A stretch of 64,000 bases of DNA. Source: Chrysomallon squamiferum (taxonomy: Eukaryota; Animalia; Mollusca). The notes beneath the pieces were generated by a model. The model searched no databases, had not been told where the DNA came from, and saw only the letters and a list, made by a program, of their open reading frames with translations. Position numbers and translations under genes: made by a program. The DNA is taken from contig CM022678.1 in assembly GCA_012295275.1 (NCBI GenBank), forward strand, positions 1,550,001 through 1,614,000, written 5' to 3'. Every line of letters starts with the position of its first letter. Position 1 is the stretch's first letter. This document shows positions 27,183 to 64,000 of the stretch, piece by piece.

Positions 27183-27737
27183 TCACAAAAAAAAAAAAAA
27201 AAAAAAAAAATTGTACAGCCATTTTTATAAACATTTCACAGGCTTTTTCTGGCAAAGATTTTGAGTTTTTAATTTACTTTTAATTGTTGACAGCATGTAA
27301 AACTTTACAACAGATAAAATGTCTGTTTTCAACATATGCTGAATTAATGGCAGCATCAGAAATGTAGTTCATTACATCATCATGTCTGTTTTTAATCACA
27401 ACAAATTTGCAAATGGTGGAATACAGCAAGTTATTTTTTCATACGTATCTTGCAACAAAAACAATCGTACTGTTCAAAAATTTAAATCCTTTTTTTTCTT
27501 TCTTTCTTTCCTTTTTTCCTTTAATTGTCGCCTTCGCTCATTACGAAAGAATGAAAAAAAACAAAGGAAAGACAACTCTAATTTCATCCCAGCACAAACA
27601 GGTTTTTTTTTTTTTGCCGTTGATGTTAACAGAATTTTCACTTCAGCCATATCTGTTTTGTTTTTGTTTAATAATGTTGATTAATGATGAAAAATGTTTT
27701 GGAAAAAAAAAACAAAAAACAATTAAATGAAAAATTC

Positions 27738-60198
<32,461 letters not shown>

Positions 60199-60456
60199 CT
60201 GAAACAAAACAAACAAACAAATAAATAGAAACATTTAAACAAAATACATAAATAAATATATAAATACACAAATAATAAACAGGTTTAATAAATAACACAT
60301 AAATTTAAAAAATGAAAAAAATAAGTAAAATAAATAATGTGACAATAATATAATATAATTAATTAATAACAATAAATAAATAAAAGACAAAATAATATTA
60401 ACAATAATAATAGTAACAACAATATTAAAAAATATATATATAAAAATATATATAAA

Positions 60457-60513
<57 letters not shown>

Positions 60514-60659
60514 TGATAAATAACAAACAGCCATATATCCAGATATACATTATCCACTATATTTTCTGATCAACAAAACATACATAAACAACATATTTGT
60601 TCATAAACCAAAAAAAGAGACTTCACAACTAATCTGTAAAATCACACTGAATATAACAG

Positions 60660-60955
60660 AAAAAATAACTCTAGTTGTTTATGTGAAAACAAGATAAAAT
60701 AACTCTAGTTGTTTATGTGAAAACAAGATAAAATAACTCTAGTTGTTCAGTTGTTCAAAATGTGTTTAAAAGATAAAAAACTCTTGCTGTTTATTTAAGT
60801 CCTGTTTATGTGAAAACAAGATAAAATAACTCTTGCTGTTTATATGAAAACAAGATAAAAAAACTCTTGCTGTTTATGTGAAAACGAGATAAAATAACTC
60901 TTGCTGTTTATGTGAAAACAAGATAAAATAAGTCTTGTTTATGTGAAAACAAGGT
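60660..60955. repeat. ~34-bp intronic minisatellite, ~8 copies
   Basis: AAAACAAGATAAAATAACTCTTGCTGTTTATGTG. Confidence 0.9.
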
Positions 60956-61594
60956 AATAGATTTTGTCAGAAGACTGAATTATGAAATGAGTGAGAGAAT
61001 GACAATATAAAAACAGTGATGTAATTAGTGATAAACACAGTTAATTGAACAACTGGGACTGGGTGTGAAAAGCAAGCTGGAAGTCTTAGTTGTGTAAAAT
61101 GTTTTACACAGCAAACAATATCACAGTTATTACATACCTTAATAATATTAAAAACAGTTACTGTAATTATTATTTGTTTGTTTTATTACTTTATAATTTT
61201 ATTCATGTTATTTTATTTTTATTTTTTTTTACTCTTGTTGTTGTTGTTGTCATTTCCTTATCATTATTGTTATAATTATTATTATTAAATAAAGCTGACA
61301 GAGTGTGTGAATGTATTTATTTGTGTGTATGTAAGAGTGCATAAGTTTGAATGTACTTGTGAACGTGTGTTGTGTGTTTGTTGTGTGTGTGTGTGTGAGT
61401 TTAAATACACACAGGTATTTATGCTTATATCTGCAAGTGTACATGTACACACTGTGTATGTAGCTGTGTTAGTACATGTGTGTTTCTGTGTTTGTATGTG
61501 TGAAAGAAAAGACACAGAGAAAAGGTCCCCTAAAACAAAATCCATACAAGAATATCAGCTAAATGTTTGACATCCAATAGGAAACATAACTAAC

Positions 61595-61625
<31 letters not shown>

Positions 61626-62249
61626 AATTCCACAGATTGACATACAACTGATGAATGACATAAAACTCCCAAACAGCCTTGAAGGAAGAAATAAAGAGAG
61701 AAAATGTTACCTGAAACGTTCTTGTGGAATAAACTATGAAGCTGGTAGCGAAGTGACACACATAATTCAAACAGCTATTGATCCACAGAACACAGATGTG
61801 AACAACAATGCTCTGTTCAAACCTACATCTGCCCATGTGTTCTTAAAGGGAGCCACTCAGTTGTTTTGTTACAGTCCACCCAGAACAGAATAAAAAAACC
61901 TGTCTGCCTCTGTGACACTCCGAGTGTATTGATTATTTCTTATATCATTGACTGTCATCACTTTTTTTTGAATGTCAGATTTTACTTTTTTTTATATATA
62001 TATATTTTTTAGTGGTCGTTTGGTAGTCAAATGTGTGGTGTACATCACTGGTATACTTCACTGGAACACATCCATTAATTTTCTATCGTTATTATAATTT
62101 GTATTTTTTTTTTTGTAATTGTGTGTTTGTTTAATGACAACTCAGCATATAAAATAAAACTTTAATGTTTGTCGTTCAAAGGTAAAACAAAAACCCATAA
62201 ATATTTAAAAGTAAGTCAGATGTAAATAGCTGACTTAAAACACATAAAC

Positions 62250-62368
62250 TCTCTCACACACACACACAGACATACACAAAGACATACACACTTACACACA
62301 CACACACAGACATACACACAGAGATACACACACACACTACACACACACACACACACACACACACAGAG

Positions 62369-62432
<64 letters not shown>

Positions 62433-62455
62433 ATACACACACACACACACACACA

Positions 62456-62497
<42 letters not shown>

Positions 62498-62610
62498 ACA
62501 CACAGGGACACGGACACAGAGACACACAGACACACAAAGACACACTCACACACACACACATGCACACACAGAGACACATACACCCTTTCTCTTACACACA
62601 CACACACACT
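62250..62610. repeat. (CA)n-rich microsatellite
   Basis: Direct inspection. Confidence 0.9.
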
Positions 62611-62818
62611 ATACTGAAAAATAAATGTAATAGCTGCAGACACTTAAAATTTCTTATTAAAAATAAAAAGATAAAATCAGTTAAATTTATTACAAAATGC
62701 TGTGGCTTTTAAAAAATCAATATAAAACGTGGATGAAATCTAAATGACTCTTATCACCTCCTCATTACAAAATACACATATCAACCCAGTATCTGCATCT
62801 CATACAAACACTAGATAA

Positions 62819-62856
<38 letters not shown>

Positions 62857-64000
62857 AAAATAAAATAAAATAAATAAAAAAAAAAAAAAATAAAAAAATA
62901 AATAAATAAATAAATAAATAAAATAAAAAAAAAAAAAAAAAAAAAAAAATAAAAATAAAAAAACCTTAAAAAAAAACCTGTTTCATGTCTACACAATCCT
63001 CATAAAAAAAAACATCCCCCCCCAAAAAAAAACACACCAAAAAAAAAAACAAATCCCTTGAATACAAATACAAAACAATTGTCTAACTCACAGAACAGAA
63101 TGACCACAGTCAGCGTTTACTTTGTGATTTCAACACACAAACTTTTACCTCAACAAGACACACATTTTCCACAATGTCACAATATGCTTTTCAAAATTTT
63201 TATATTCACAGTAACCCAGATTAAAGTTTGATTAATCAGAAACTGTTCGAGTGAAATGCACTGAAAAACTGCGTCTGTGGTATGAAAGTATTAGCACAAT
63301 TAACTTCAAACTTTTTAATATAATGTATTGATTTTGTAAATGTAAATACAAATGAATATTCAAATATATATATATAAAATTAACCAAAAAAAATTAAAAA
63401 ATAAATAAATTACTGTTATATATTTTTTTTTATACTTTCATACATTCAGAGAAAAGATATAAAGAATAAATAAATGAATACATATATACATCTATTTTTC
63501 ATTTAAACAAATCCACTTAATTATATACAGTGATAGAAAATACACAAAAATTACTTTAATTATGTTGATTTTTATATTATTATTCATTTATTTACTTTTT
63601 TTGTTGTTGTAAATACCCAAATATTATAAATATCAGAATGAATGACTTCTGTATTTCACAGAAACTTACACAGTATTGACAGACACACACACACATTGAT
63701 CCACCCACTCTCACTGACTAACACACATGTAAACCTCACTGCAGTCAGCAGACCATTGTATCATGTTACTTCTGTAATTTAAAACTTAACTGAATGACTC
63801 AAACATAATCTGTTTTGAATTAACCACAGAAATCAAAAACACTGCACTTGTTTCACCTTCCTTTCGCTCTCTCTCTCTGAGTGTGTGTGTGTGTGTGTGC
63901 GTGTGTGTGTGTGTTTGTGTTTATTAACTATATCTCTCTCTCTCTGTTTCAGTCTTGTTTTCTCTCTGTTTCAGATGACAAAATTAGTCACCACTCTTCT

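Overview
AT-rich, microsatellite-dense metazoan genomic DNA with spliceosomal GT-AG introns (invertebrate, lophotrochozoan-like by inference only). Five protein-coding genes can be built by hand: (1) an orphan + strand gene (coding exons 1399-2163 and 4431-4499); (2,3) a tail-to-tail pair of dienelactone hydrolase/Usf-like paralogues with intronless CDSs (9532-10230 +, 13082-13759 -); (4) a small RING/coiled-coil TRIM-like gene (16070-18021 +); (5) the 3' 25 coding exons of a kinesin-3 KIF13B/Khc-73-like gene on the - strand (60198 to 27738; FHA end, stalk, CAP-Gly; motor exons lie beyond the window). Two MITEs are present. The most unusual signal is that 10 exon-intron junctions (9 of 49 KIF13 junctions plus one in gene 1) are the seed of tandem arrays. 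These copy the splice site and the adjoining exon end into the intron 1 to about 34 times. In several arrays the copies differ from the exon almost only at synonymous codon positions, and one array forms ready-made 33-nt in-frame micro-exons around an internal AG|GT, the configuration expected for intron gain by tandem duplication. Two KIF13 exons carry apparent frameshifts, so local assembly quality must be checked before any of this is trusted.
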